Counted from the first letter of the stretch, positions 1 through 9,628 are shown. The stretch is DNA of 64,000 nt from Candidatus Tayloriibacteriota bacterium (GCA_016215455.1 JACRJP010000003.1:124-64123), one strand, 5' to 3'. Translations and numbers: made by a program. Notes: generated from the sequence alone by a model not told the origin.

Positions 1-741
1 GGTACTTGCGTAGGGGAAAGTGTTGAGTGCTGTTGTTGTAGCAGTGAAGTTTGCTCCGACGACTTGGCCAACGACTGAGAGAGCTGCGTATGGTGAGGTG
101 GTACCGATACCAATTTTCCCTGTAGAAAGAGCTGTAAATACATTAGCACTTCCCTGTCCTAACAAATTAAGAATACTACCAGCACCAGCCTGACTGAATG
201 TTACAAAGTTAGATGCTGTACTTGTTGAATTTGTTGCATCTGAACGAAGGAATTGTGCTGAATCATACCCTTCGAGTGTTTTTGCTACAAAAGCAGCTGG
301 AACAGCTCCCAACAATTTACGTGGAGTCATTTCTCCATCCCATGACGGTGTATTTCCTGAACCTCCAATATTAATACCGAGATAGAGTGTCTGATTGAAA
401 TCAACACCAGTAAATGCTGTTGTACTTCCGAGCAATGTACTAAACAAACCACTTGTTATCGGAATACGATTATCAGTTCCTGTTCCACTACATGCTGTAC
501 CTTTACACCATGTTTCAGTCCACAAAGGTGAACCACCTGTTGGTGTTGTATAGAGTTTAAATTCAATATTGTAACTTCCATCAGATACCGCAACGTTACT
601 ACTATTAGTAAGTTTACCTTGATAATTAATTTGCTGATTAAATGCTGCACGAGCAACATTTGTAGTACCTAATCCAAATGGCAATACCATAACGCCACAA
701 ACGACACTCAGAATAAGTGTCCTTTGTGCTACATATTTCAT
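1..741 (-). CDS. Secreted surface protein, N-terminal part only (gene continues beyond window start)
   Basis: Manually translated from ATG at complement of 739-741: MKYVAQRTLILSVVCGVMVLPFGLG... signal peptide, then a beta-rich Thr/Gly/Ser-rich region with the motif NYQGKL...DGSYNIEFKLY...GGSPLWTETW recurrent in large uncharacterised surface proteins. Open to the window edge; not in the ORF track because it is truncated. Confidence 0.5.
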   Translation of the reverse strand, partial: MKYVAQRTLILSVVCGVMVLPFGLGTTNVARAAFNQQINYQGKLTNSSNVAVSDGSYNIEFKLYTTPTGGSPLWTETWCKGTACSGTGTDNRIPITSGLFSTLLGSTTAFTGVDFNQTLYLGINIGGSGNTPSWDGEMTPRKLLGAVPAAFVAKTLEGYDSAQFLRSDATNSTSTASNFVTFSQAGAGSILNLLGQGSANVFTALSTGKIGIGTTSPYAALSVVGQVVGANFTATTTALNTFPYAST

Positions 742-758
742 TATAGAAATATAGTTTT

Positions 759-2183
759 TCACGTTATGTAATGTTTAATCTTCCGCACAACAAGTCGCAC
801 AAGCAGGAGAAGAGCAATGATAATAAGAATGAAGATCACGATTGGGATAATGAAATCAACAACATCGTATCGAGGTTCTGGATTCTTGGTTGATGTCTCT
901 GATATATCGTGTGGCACGATAAATGCTCCCTCGAGTTTTTTGAGAGATCTCTGTTTATAATCGAGAATTGTGATACTAAAATTATACGTCCCTGCTCGTT
1001 CGAAATTATCGAGAGTTGTTTCATACGCTGTCTTTTCTTTATTTAAATGAAGAAGATATGCATACTTTTTATTATTATTAGTAGGATCTTGAATAGTAAC
1101 TGCTACTGTTTTGAGGTTTTCAGGCAACTTATCATACGCGATCGATAATGTGACATTATCTCGTTCATCAAGTTGAATTGAACTCTGTGTAAATGATATT
1201 TTTTCTCCACGTTGTTTGAAATCAAAATCAACAAGATTAACTGTAGTAGAAGCTTTTGTTCCAACAACAGGCACTAAAGGAAATTGAGAAAAAGGATCAG
1301 GTACAACAGGAATGATAATTACTGACGAAGTCGCATCAGGTGCTTGAGTAATCTTTGTAGGAACAATAATTTTTACAACAGCACCTGATGAGTAATTCCC
1401 TGCATAATCACGAGCGAATGCTGCATAATAATATGTTGCACCAGATTTAATACTTGAGTCAGTTGTATATGATCCTCGTCCTTCATATACCACCTTTCCA
1501 TCAAATGGATCTTTTGGAAAGAATGTCTCGGAACGCAAAACTCGAACAACATCGAAATCGTTGTCACTTGGATTTCTCCATGTAAGTTGGATTGCATCGC
1601 CTCTGATCGTACCTTCAAGTCGAGAAATATTTGCAGGAGCTGAAGAGTCAGGGATAGCAAGAGTGATGAATGCGAGACCCTTTACACTTGTTACTACCTG
1701 ACGAGTATCTTGACCATCAATACGGAAGTAATATGTTTGATTTGGAAATAGGTTTTCTATTTTAACACTGTGATTATTCGCATAGTTAATCTCAGATACG
1801 GTGCCGAGTTCATAATCATTCGTAAGTCCCCATGCCAAAGTTCCGATAGAAACACGATTTGTTTTCCATGTAATAACAACTGAAGTAGCCCCTGGACGAA
1901 CTTCAACATCAGACAATATGAGATTTGCGTACGAAGGAGTACTACCGCCACTCGATCCACTTGGTGTAGGAGTGATACAGTCATTTGAACAATTTGAAGT
2001 ATTCTCTCCAAGAGAGCTCTCACATATATTATTGTTATTACAACCCTGTACATTAAGCTCCACTTCAACATTTGAGGCCTGTCCTGAATATGGCAACACA
2101 ACACCAACCACGCAGAATGTAACCGCTATGAGCGTTGCAAATCGGTGGAGGAGTTGGTTTGTTGATAAAGAAGAGCTTCGCAT
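759..2183 (-). CDS. Membrane-anchored surface protein with Fn3-like (purple-acid-phosphatase N-like) beta-sandwich repeats; signal peptide plus C-terminal TM anchor
   Basis: 474 aa. N-terminal hydrophobic segment, Cys/Asn-rich stalk, repeated W-K/R-N-P and YYF/YYY beta-sandwich motifs (ITWKT..., LTWRNPSDNDFD..., YYFRI, TYYYAAFA). C-terminal IIPIVIFILIIIALLLLV followed by a basic tail. Confidence 0.55.
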   Translation of the reverse strand: MRSSSLSTNQLLHRFATLIAVTFCVVGVVLPYSGQASNVEVELNVQGCNNNNICESSLGENTSNCSNDCITPTPSGSSGGSTPSYANLILSDVEVRPGATSVVITWKTNRVSIGTLAWGLTNDYELGTVSEINYANNHSVKIENLFPNQTYYFRIDGQDTRQVVTSVKGLAFITLAIPDSSAPANISRLEGTIRGDAIQLTWRNPSDNDFDVVRVLRSETFFPKDPFDGKVVYEGRGSYTTDSSIKSGATYYYAAFARDYAGNYSSGAVVKIIVPTKITQAPDATSSVIIIPVVPDPFSQFPLVPVVGTKASTTVNLVDFDFKQRGEKISFTQSSIQLDERDNVTLSIAYDKLPENLKTVAVTIQDPTNNNKKYAYLLHLNKEKTAYETTLDNFERAGTYNFSITILDYKQRSLKKLEGAFIVPHDISETSTKNPEPRYDVVDFIIPIVIFILIIIALLLLVRLVVRKIKHYIT

Positions 2184-2191
2184 AATGTTTT

Positions 2192-2932
2192 CTATAATGT
2201 CGTTGCGGTGACAATAACCGTTGTACTATAACTTCCTGCATCCTGAATCTTCGAAGTACCTATAGCTGCTCGATACTTAATGGTGGTAGTTGCTCCGTTT
2301 GGATGGTTTGAAGATGCTCCTGTTGCAACAATTTTATTTACCGTAGAGAGACCGTCCCAACACTTATCAACCGTGTCTAAACCTCCTGCATTACAAATTG
2401 ATCCATTGTCACGAAAACGTGCATCGACATCGACTCCTTCAGGAGTGAAACCGAACCTCGATTCGGTTGCTGCATAGGTGTAATCGTAATCAGGATCAGC
2501 TCCACTTGGTGCATAGTCATCAAAACTTGCACCACCTGGACCTTGCAATGCAGGACTTGTTACCGAACGAACTGAAAGTGTATACCCTGCCGCATTGTCA
2601 GTAAGAACTGTCCATGTACTTGAAGCAGTACTAAAACCTCCAGCCAAACCATTCAAACTTGGAAGAGCGTCATCATTTGGAGAAGTAATCGAAATATATG
2701 AAGATTGCATTTGTTGATATCCTGCATACATTGAGTACGATGTACTTGAAGAAAAACCAGTACCAATTTCTCCCATCGTCGCATCATCTTTATAGTTCGT
2801 ACTCTGACTTGGTGCTCCACCGAAATTAACTGAATCTGAATTCATACGATAGCTTGAACTTCCCATAACAAAAGCTTTGAGACTTACCGGCACTATGAGT
2901 GTGAGTATTGTTATAAGAAGAATAAGTCGCAT
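2192..2932 (-). CDS. Secreted beta-rich protein, WxL-domain-like (paralog of 3961-4629)
   Basis: 246 aa. Signal peptide. Shares with the 3961..4629 product the motifs TW(T/N)V.T(D/N)N..GYTL(S/T)V and (T/L)KYR near a Thr-rich C-terminus (...TTVIVTATTL vs ...TATITATATTI). Confidence 0.5.
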   Translation of the reverse strand: MRLILLITILTLIVPVSLKAFVMGSSSYRMNSDSVNFGGAPSQSTNYKDDATMGEIGTGFSSSTSYSMYAGYQQMQSSYISITSPNDDALPSLNGLAGGFSTASSTWTVLTDNAAGYTLSVRSVTSPALQGPGGASFDDYAPSGADPDYDYTYAATESRFGFTPEGVDVDARFRDNGSICNAGGLDTVDKCWDGLSTVNKIVATGASSNHPNGATTTIKYRAAIGTSKIQDAGSYSTTVIVTATTL

Positions 2933-2940
2933 ATGTAATG

Positions 2941-3948
2941 TTATACTTTTCTCTTAAATTCAAATCGACTTGCAATGTAGTATCCCAAACCAACAACGAA
3001 CACGATCACACCAAAGAGAGCTGCGAGGATTTTCCATGGAATTACCCAGAATGTGACAACTCGTTCATCAACGATATTGCCGTAGCCTCGATTCAAGTGA
3101 AGCGTTGCTTTGTAACGTCCAATGAGATACACCTTATCCCATTCAACACTACGATAGCGGAGAGAGTTAGGAAGTGAGAAGTAAGCATCGACTGGAAGTG
3201 TCGTGACTTTCCGGCCGAATGTATTGGTAATATCAACAGTACCAAATGGTACAAGGTGGATAGAACCACTGTTATTGTAGAGAATTTCAAAGGTTGTAGG
3301 TCCTTGCTGTCGGATAAATGAAGTACTTGGCTGGACTCGAAATTCTTCAACTGATCCAGATTCATTTGCATCTCCATTTACTCGAACAAAGAAAAGAACT
3401 CCCAATCGAGAAATTATCTTATTTTGAGCAACTGTTTGAGAATTCTGTGCAGACTGTTCATCTTTATCTGGTTCATTCGAGATAAGAACTGATGAATAGA
3501 ATCCTCCTGGCTGTGCGTCTTGTGGAACATTGATCGATATAGGAATATTGATTCGCTGTCCAAATTCAAGAGTAAACTCACGTACCTCAGGAACAAGGTT
3601 GTCCTTGAATGAGTACGGACTCTTATCATTTCCAAGAAGCACGACCGGCTTATCAATATCTCGTGAACCCACGAAGTCTTCCACTTCTATCTTAAAGTGT
3701 ACCTTTCGTTTAATACGATTTGTAATACTGATACTTCGTGTCACCGATTCTCCAGGATTAAGGAACACCTCTACCTTACCCGGTTCAAGAACAAAGTCGT
3801 TTTGTTCAGTCACAGCTACAGGAGCAAGTGTAACCGCGTGAACATACTGAGGTATCGCAACAACACCGAAAGCAACCATGAGACTTATTCCCAATCCGGT
3901 CATATATGAAATTGTTCGAGAATGTGTAGTCATAATAATCTTCTTCAT
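2941..3948 (-). CDS. Cell-surface protein with DUF916/DUF3324-like architecture (CscA-like): signal peptide, two beta-sandwich regions, C-terminal TM anchor plus basic tail
   Basis: 335 aa. N-terminal signal/TM (GLGISLMVAFGVVAIPQYVHA). C-terminal WKILAALFGVIVFVVGLGYYIASRFEFKRKV anchor. Internal acidic/Gln-rich linker. Sits between the two WxL-like paralogs, as in Firmicutes csc loci. Family assignment is from pattern recall, not a search. Confidence 0.45.
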   Translation of the reverse strand: MKKIIMTTHSRTISYMTGLGISLMVAFGVVAIPQYVHAVTLAPVAVTEQNDFVLEPGKVEVFLNPGESVTRSISITNRIKRKVHFKIEVEDFVGSRDIDKPVVLLGNDKSPYSFKDNLVPEVREFTLEFGQRINIPISINVPQDAQPGGFYSSVLISNEPDKDEQSAQNSQTVAQNKIISRLGVLFFVRVNGDANESGSVEEFRVQPSTSFIRQQGPTTFEILYNNSGSIHLVPFGTVDITNTFGRKVTTLPVDAYFSLPNSLRYRSVEWDKVYLIGRYKATLHLNRGYGNIVDERVVTFWVIPWKILAALFGVIVFVVGLGYYIASRFEFKRKV

Positions 3949-3960
3949 ATGAAGAATTGA

Positions 3961-4629
3961 TTAGATTGTTGTTGCTGTTGCTGTGATTGTTGCAGTGTAG
4001 GTACCAGAGTCAATGTAAATACCTTTTTGTTCGACTGCATAACAAAGAGTTGTATCAACTCCTGATGTTGTTGTAGTAGAAGAACGAGTTGCAATTGTTG
4101 GACTTGCTGATGTAGTAAATCCTCGGTACTTCAATGTTGTTGATGGAGTACTTGTTGCACCACATGAGACACCTCCTGTAGCTGTACCGTATGTACTTGT
4201 GTTTACATCAGTTCCAAAAGCACTGTAACCAAATTCTGCTCGACCTGTTGGAATCGTACTCCACAATTCCGGTGTAGTTGTTGTTGCAAAGTCATTCACA
4301 TACTGTGAACCACTAACACGCATTGCTGGGTTTGTTGAAGCCGCAACAGTGAGTGTGTATCCAAGTACATTATTTGTCTTCACGTTCCATGTAGTAGTTG
4401 CAATTGCTGTGTTCACCGCAGCACCCAATGCTGTACTCATTGTAGTATCAGCTGGACTGGTGATCGTAATACCTGTATCAACTTGCAATGTAACGACAAC
4501 ACTATCAGTTGCTGTCGCCGCATCAACAAGATTTGGTTCAAGATATATACCACTTGCAATAAGCACTAATGTAACAATGAGAGACATTCCCAAAGTCTTC
4601 TTTAATGTTGTTATTGTAAATTGTTTCAT
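3961..4629 (-). CDS. Secreted beta-rich protein, WxL-domain-like (paralog of 2192-2932)
   Basis: 222 aa. Signal peptide. Conserved TTWNVKTNNVLGYTLTV and TLKYRGF motifs. Extremely Thr/Ala/Ser-rich. Confidence 0.5.
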   Translation of the reverse strand: MKQFTITTLKKTLGMSLIVTLVLIASGIYLEPNLVDAATATDSVVVTLQVDTGITITSPADTTMSTALGAAVNTAIATTTWNVKTNNVLGYTLTVAASTNPAMRVSGSQYVNDFATTTTPELWSTIPTGRAEFGYSAFGTDVNTSTYGTATGGVSCGATSTPSTTLKYRGFTTSASPTIATRSSTTTTSGVDTTLCYAVEQKGIYIDSGTYTATITATATTI

Positions 4630-4732
4630 GTTGATAATTTTTATTCCTAACTACTGAATGATGAGAGCACGACCTCTCTTCACATTCATGTGTCGTGAAC
4701 CAACTCTTGGTCCACCACACATGAACACGAAG

Positions 4733-5620
4733 CTACTTTTTCACAGGCACAACAACATACATATATTTGTCATTCGTTTCTTTTTTAAATACTGGCTGAA
4801 TAACACCTGATACTCCTGTATCATCTGACCAGATTTTTACTTCATCAGAAAAATTTTCCTGAACTGTTGTCTTTACCTGTGTATCAGTAACAACATCTCC
4901 TGATGAGGCAACAACGACCATACCTTGATACGTACCGTTACTCATGCAGTAGTCATTAGCTGAATGACATACTGGCTCACCACCGAATAGTGGTGAGAGG
5001 GCTGCATACTCGATAAGAGCAAGACGATTGACGAGAGTTACAATTGGTACGACAACATTTGCAACAAGACCTACCTGAGATGAAGGAGTAACACCGGCAG
5101 GTGTTCGAATAACTTCAATATTTGATGTCGCAACTGTTGGTGTTGGAGATGTTCGTACTTCACTCAATGTTTGAGACTCTGATGAAGTTAGGTATGAAGG
5201 TAATGCCACGATCGAAAGAAGGACAAAAGTAAAAACACCGACAGCAACCATAAGTGCCGCAGGAGAGATTTTTGGAATTGGAAATGAAATATGATGTGAT
5301 GAAGATTTCTCTTGAATAGTATTTGTAGTAGGTGGAGTTGTTTTCTCTGAATCAATTTTTCGAACCATTACTTCATGAACATTGAGAGGTTGTGCTACGG
5401 GCTGACTAGGCACTGAAATCTTTTGATCGAGTGTTCGAACATTCTTCTCGTAATTGAGGATGTCTTGTTCAGCAACAAACCACACTCGACCAACTCGGCG
5501 AGAATCAATTTTTGATCCTCGACAAAGCTGACCGATGTAGTCAGATGTATATCCTGTGAGAAGCGACGCGCTCTTCGCAGAAATATATTTCTTGCCTTCG
5601 AAAATAAATTCCGGGTGCAT
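4733..5620 (-). CDS. Bitopic membrane protein with N-terminal cytoplasmic HTH (excisionase/MerR-like HTH_17) and extracytoplasmic Thr/Val-rich domain; putative membrane-tethered transcriptional regulator
   Basis: N-terminus KYISAKSASLLTGYTSDYIGQLCRGSKIDSRRVGRVWFVAEQDI resembles HTH_17. Single TM (ISPAALMVAVGVFTFVLLSIVALP). Large C-terminal periplasmic/extracellular part. Confidence 0.45.
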   Translation of the reverse strand: MHPEFIFEGKKYISAKSASLLTGYTSDYIGQLCRGSKIDSRRVGRVWFVAEQDILNYEKNVRTLDQKISVPSQPVAQPLNVHEVMVRKIDSEKTTPPTTNTIQEKSSSHHISFPIPKISPAALMVAVGVFTFVLLSIVALPSYLTSSESQTLSEVRTSPTPTVATSNIEVIRTPAGVTPSSQVGLVANVVVPIVTLVNRLALIEYAALSPLFGGEPVCHSANDYCMSNGTYQGMVVVASSGDVVTDTQVKTTVQENFSDEVKIWSDDTGVSGVIQPVFKKETNDKYMYVVVPVKK

Positions 5621-5650
5621 AGTGGTAGTGCAATTATTATACGGCAGAGA

Positions 5651-5895
5651 TATCGAACCGAGATTATTAAATCTCGGAAAAGCTGGGGATAAGTTCGGAT
5701 AGCCGAGAACAAAATATTTTAAGCCATATACTTCCGATATCTCGGACGAGATTATTACGTAAATATTTTTGTATCTCGGATAGTTTTTTATAGTAATTTT
5801 GTATATAAAAATTATTTACATTACTACACCTTATTTAGAAATATAGTGTGTATAAAAACGCTAAATAAAAAATATCTCGGCTACCCGAGATATCC
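5651..5895. promoter_or_regulatory. Array of ATCTCGG / CCGAGAT heptamer repeats including a perfect palindrome ATATCTCGG-CTAC-CCGAGATAT (5872-5893); putative operator region upstream of the HTH-TM regulator gene
   Basis: Motif copies at 5658-5664 (CCGAGAT), 5671-5677, 5738-5745, 5772-5779, 5872-5880 plus inverted copy 5885-5893, within a 308-nt AT-rich intergenic region immediately 5' of the minus-strand gene 4733..5620. Confidence 0.4.
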
Positions 5896-5928
5896 TTATA
5901 TTATTTAGTTCTTTTTCAAAAAAACTCA

Positions 5929-6813
5929 TTAATTACCAAGCAGCTTCATAAAGGTTATTGGATCGATAGAAACTCCTTGAACCTTAACCGAGATATGCAA
6001 ATGAGCACCTTCAGCGTATCCAGTTTTACCTGACAATCCAATTTCCTGACCTCGCACAACTCTCTCTCCTTCTCTAACTTTTATCTTTGAAAGATGTAAA
6101 TAGAGGGTCACAATTCCTTGCCCATGGTCAATAGCTATTAAATTACCGTACGCTCGAAATTCACGTGCCAATCGAACAACTCCATCATTCATCGCAATCA
6201 CAGAAGTTCCTTCTGCTGCACGAAAATCTGTACCCTTGTGAGCAATGAGTGACGTACCAGTTACTCGTGAATATCCATACGTATCAGTAACAAAAATATC
6301 TTTAATAGGATATATAAAATTTTTACTCCACAAACGAGTAGAGGTACTGATAATATTTCGTAAAACTTCAGCTTCAGTATTGAGTGACTGAATAAGTTTC
6401 TTTTCTGCTTCTTTAGTATTACCTCCAAGTTGTTGTGGTATACCGAGAGGTGCCTCTACCTTTTTACGAGCAATAATTTTGAGTGTAGTTGAGGTGGCTG
6501 TACCATCAACAAAAAATACTGTCACCGGATAGTTCCCTGTCTTAGCTGCAAGATCAATACCTCCAATAGCGGTAGATTGGTCTTTGTATAGGAAAGTAGC
6601 AAGAGTCTTATTTTGAAATACAACCTTCTTTATATTCTCACTACTTGTCCCAGTTACAGCAACAAGAAAAGGTTCCCCTTGTAAAGATTGTTCTGGTTCA
6701 AGTCTTACAGCAAATACAACCGGACTTGAAGAGGTTGCTACATGTACCGGTACCTGATGTTGCTGATTAAGACCAAATAACGAGGCAAGAAAAATTATGA
6801 TAGATGAGAACAT
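5929..6813 (-). CDS. M23 family (LytM-like) peptidoglycan endopeptidase, secreted
   Basis: N-terminal signal peptide. C-terminal HKGTDFRAAEGTSV...DHGQGIVTLYLHLSKIKV...GKTGYAEGAHLHISV, matching the HxxxD / HxH zinc motifs of peptidase M23. Confidence 0.8.
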   Translation of the reverse strand: MFSSIIIFLASLFGLNQQHQVPVHVATSSSPVVFAVRLEPEQSLQGEPFLVAVTGTSSENIKKVVFQNKTLATFLYKDQSTAIGGIDLAAKTGNYPVTVFFVDGTATSTTLKIIARKKVEAPLGIPQQLGGNTKEAEKKLIQSLNTEAEVLRNIISTSTRLWSKNFIYPIKDIFVTDTYGYSRVTGTSLIAHKGTDFRAAEGTSVIAMNDGVVRLAREFRAYGNLIAIDHGQGIVTLYLHLSKIKVREGERVVRGQEIGLSGKTGYAEGAHLHISVKVQGVSIDPITFMKLLGN

Positions 6814-6862
6814 ATATCACAGTATACTCTGTTTCTCTATCTATGTTAAAATTTATTCACTT

Positions 6863-7876
6863 ATGACACACAAAAGATTTTTGAAAGGAAGTATCGCTCT
6901 TGTATTTAGTATTGCAATGACAATCCCCTCTGTAACCGAAGCTGCATCTGTTTGTATTAATATTCCTTTCAATCTTGCTGTTGGTGCAACAAACTCAGCA
7001 TCACAAAACAATGTAGGAATTCTTCAAAACTATCTCGTTAAAGAAGGCTATCTTGTAACAAAATCTTTTGGACGCTTTGGACCAGCTACCGAAGACGCTG
7101 TGAAAAAATTCCAACGAGCTCACAATATCAGTGCGAGCGGTTTCGTGGGACCTATTACTCGATCTGCACTCAAGTCTCTTACCTGCTCTACACCTTCCCC
7201 TGTCTCAACTCCAGTAACATCTCCACTACCCGCAACGACTACTCCTATATCAGTAAAACCAACAGGCACTCCTTTAGTCGTCACCTATCCTCAAACAAAT
7301 CGTTCATTTACTATCGCTGATCAATTATCAATTACCTGGACAGGACCAAAGAATGATTCAGTTGATATCATTCTCGAAGACAGCAATGGCGTAGCAGTTG
7401 GACACATTGCTTCAAATCTTTATAACGTCAATCATTTTTCATGGAAAGTTGGTGATATCTCAACAAACGGAAGCTCTCAAGATACTCTAAGTGAGCCAGG
7501 AGTATACAAGATTCGTGTTCGTAGTACTCTAAAAGGTCAACAAGCGGGAGACGCGACAAGTGCACTTATCACCATCAATGCGATACCTCTCTATATACGT
7601 TCAATATCTCCTGCTTCAGTTCCAGCTGATGGAAAAACAACCGCTATTATCCAAGGTAATGGCTTCAACAATCTTTCTTCTGTCCGACTCGGTGGAGATA
7701 GAGGAACACGAATAAGTGCAACATACATCTCTCCTGATGGAAAAATGATGTCATTCTATATTCCTACATATATAGAGCCGGGAGCTTACGATATTAGAGT
7801 ACGTAATAGTTACACTGTAGCAAGTACAACACTAAGTAATCCAGTATCACTCATCGTGACAGGAGCTTCTAATTAA
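6863..7876 (+). CDS. Secreted protein with N-terminal peptidoglycan-binding domain (PG_binding_1), Pro/Thr linker and IPT/TIG Ig-like domain
   Basis: Start chosen at MTHKRF (signal peptide ...TEAAS). LQNYLVKEGYL...GRFGPATEDAVKKFQRAHNISASGFVGPITRSALKSL is a PG_binding_1 signature. C-terminal ISPASVPADGKTTAIIQGNGF...IRVRNS fits IPT/TIG. Confidence 0.6.
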   Translation: MTHKRFLKGSIALVFSIAMTIPSVTEAASVCINIPFNLAVGATNSASQNNVGILQNYLVKEGYLVTKSFGRFGPATEDAVKKFQRAHNISASGFVGPITRSALKSLTCSTPSPVSTPVTSPLPATTTPISVKPTGTPLVVTYPQTNRSFTIADQLSITWTGPKNDSVDIILEDSNGVAVGHIASNLYNVNHFSWKVGDISTNGSSQDTLSEPGVYKIRVRSTLKGQQAGDATSALITINAIPLYIRSISPASVPADGKTTAIIQGNGFNNLSSVRLGGDRGTRISATYISPDGKMMSFYIPTYIEPGAYDIRVRNSYTVASTTLSNPVSLIVTGASN

Positions 7877-8349
7877 ATAGTTTGATTGAGTTTATATTTT
7901 TCTACTAACCAATCAGAAGCATATTCTTTGTACTGGGGACGGAGAGATTCTGGTATTAGAGAAAAGGCACCTATGATTTTTCGACATGATGCTGTATTAC
8001 ATAAACATTCCATTCTCCAATCACCATCTTCTGTCATTGCATAATCCCAAAGTAATTCATCTCCCTTCTTTACATCTTTTATAGTTACAAGAGTAAACAA
8101 TCCCTTGATACCACAATTTGGTTCACATGAATGATTGATATAACGAGCCATACTATTACTATCCCTCCATTTATGTTCTTCGAATTGAATTGCATGATCT
8201 CTAATATCTACAGGTAGGTCAGTACACTTTTCAGCTTCATATATAGGACCATCGAATACAGCCACGACTTCTCCCTTAGCAATATCAGAGTTTGCTATAA
8301 GACATTTACCAAATCGATTTGTTCCTACATTTACCTTAGGGTTATTCAT
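7873..8349 (-). CDS. SET-domain protein lysine methyltransferase (minimal SET plus post-SET)
   Basis: 158 aa. GEVVAVFDGPIYE (SET-N), RYINHSCEPNC (NHSCxPN), GDELLWDY (ELxFDY) and post-SET CLCNTASCR (CxCx4C). All hallmark SET motifs present. Confidence 0.8.
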   Translation of the reverse strand: MNNPKVNVGTNRFGKCLIANSDIAKGEVVAVFDGPIYEAEKCTDLPVDIRDHAIQFEEHKWRDSNSMARYINHSCEPNCGIKGLFTLVTIKDVKKGDELLWDYAMTEDGDWRMECLCNTASCRKIIGAFSLIPESLRPQYKEYASDWLVEKYKLNQTI

Positions 8350-8350
8350 A

Positions 8351-9628
8351 TTATGTACTTCTTAATATCCTCTCCGCAGTCTCTTTTCCATTCGCCAATG
8401 CTCCTTCTACGGTGGCGGTGTCTTTACCTGTATAGAGTGCTTCTCCAGCAAAAAATATCATATCATTAATTGGCTCAGCCAGCTTTTCATATGCAGTACC
8501 TGTATCAAATCGTGTATAGCTATATGCTCCTTGAGTAAAAGGGTCAGCTGGCCAGTTTGCAAATCGTGATACTACCACTTGTTGACGAATAGTTTCTTTA
8601 TCTATTTTAAATATATTTGAGAGTGAAATAAGTACTTCTTCAAAGATTTCAGTCTCAGAAGCTTTTGCTAAAGTCTGAGCAATCGGACCCGCAGACCATA
8701 CCGTAAGTGTCGGGTATGTTTCTGGATACTGTGTCCAGACTGTGCAGAATTTTTCATTTGAAAGAAGAAAGGAAAGTTTACTTAAATCCTTCCCTAAACC
8801 ATTAATCCACCATCGCTCTTTAAACTGAAGGATACCTTTAACCACAGATCCAAAACCAATCTTCGATGCAGCCTGTATTTTCTGAGTAATAGGTGGAGTA
8901 AATTGAATTGATGAGAGTGTTGGTATAGCAACAGTGACAACAATCTTTCGTGCTACATACTCTGTACCATTCGAAATAGTAACTTTAGTATTTTCAGTAT
9001 CGTACACCACTCTTTCAACTTTCTCATTGAGATGGATCTCAACTCCATACTTTAAACACTCTGATTTGAGAAAATTAAGGAGAGCTCCATATCCTTCTTT
9101 AATTACTCCTCCTTCAAGATCGTTATTACCTAACCATTCATTACGTAATTCAAGGGTGCTAATGAGGGTGCTATCAGCAGCATCATATCCTTCAACCACT
9201 TTAGTTATTTCATTTCTTAAAACATCATACTCTTTTCCAGAAAAATATTTCTGCAAAAAAGCAGCAACTGATATATCTTCGGTAAGTTGTTGAAGTCTTT
9301 CTCTAAATAATTTGTTACTAGGAACAAAACTCTGAGCTTTCATCAGTTCTCCTGAACGAACTGTCCATATTTCACCTGACTCTGGAATAAACGTGAGTCC
9401 TGCCTCTTTCATCAATGCTTTAGTAACTTTAGCTTCACCGTGTACAAATTCAGCTCCAAGCTGTGCTTCGTAGCCAAAAACATCCTTTGGTATAGGATGT
9501 ATTCGTCCACCAATTCTATCCCGAGCTTCGACTATAATTACCTTCTTTCCAGCTTTTGCCAGTTCCCGAGCGGTCATGAGACCTGTTGCTCCTGCACCTA
9601 TGATGAGAATATCGACAATTTGAGTCAT
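8351..9628 (-). CDS. Flavin-containing amine oxidase family oxidoreductase (FAD-dependent)
   Basis: Start at MTQIVDILIIGAGATGL (dinucleotide-binding GxGxxG) followed by VEARDRIGGRI, typical of amine-oxidase/PAO/MAO/LSD1-fold flavoenzymes. 1-nt gap to the SET gene, 7-nt gap to the upstream ABC gene. Confidence 0.7.
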   Translation of the reverse strand: MTQIVDILIIGAGATGLMTARELAKAGKKVIIVEARDRIGGRIHPIPKDVFGYEAQLGAEFVHGEAKVTKALMKEAGLTFIPESGEIWTVRSGELMKAQSFVPSNKLFRERLQQLTEDISVAAFLQKYFSGKEYDVLRNEITKVVEGYDAADSTLISTLELRNEWLGNNDLEGGVIKEGYGALLNFLKSECLKYGVEIHLNEKVERVVYDTENTKVTISNGTEYVARKIVVTVAIPTLSSIQFTPPITQKIQAASKIGFGSVVKGILQFKERWWINGLGKDLSKLSFLLSNEKFCTVWTQYPETYPTLTVWSAGPIAQTLAKASETEIFEEVLISLSNIFKIDKETIRQQVVVSRFANWPADPFTQGAYSYTRFDTGTAYEKLAEPINDMIFFAGEALYTGKDTATVEGALANGKETAERILRST

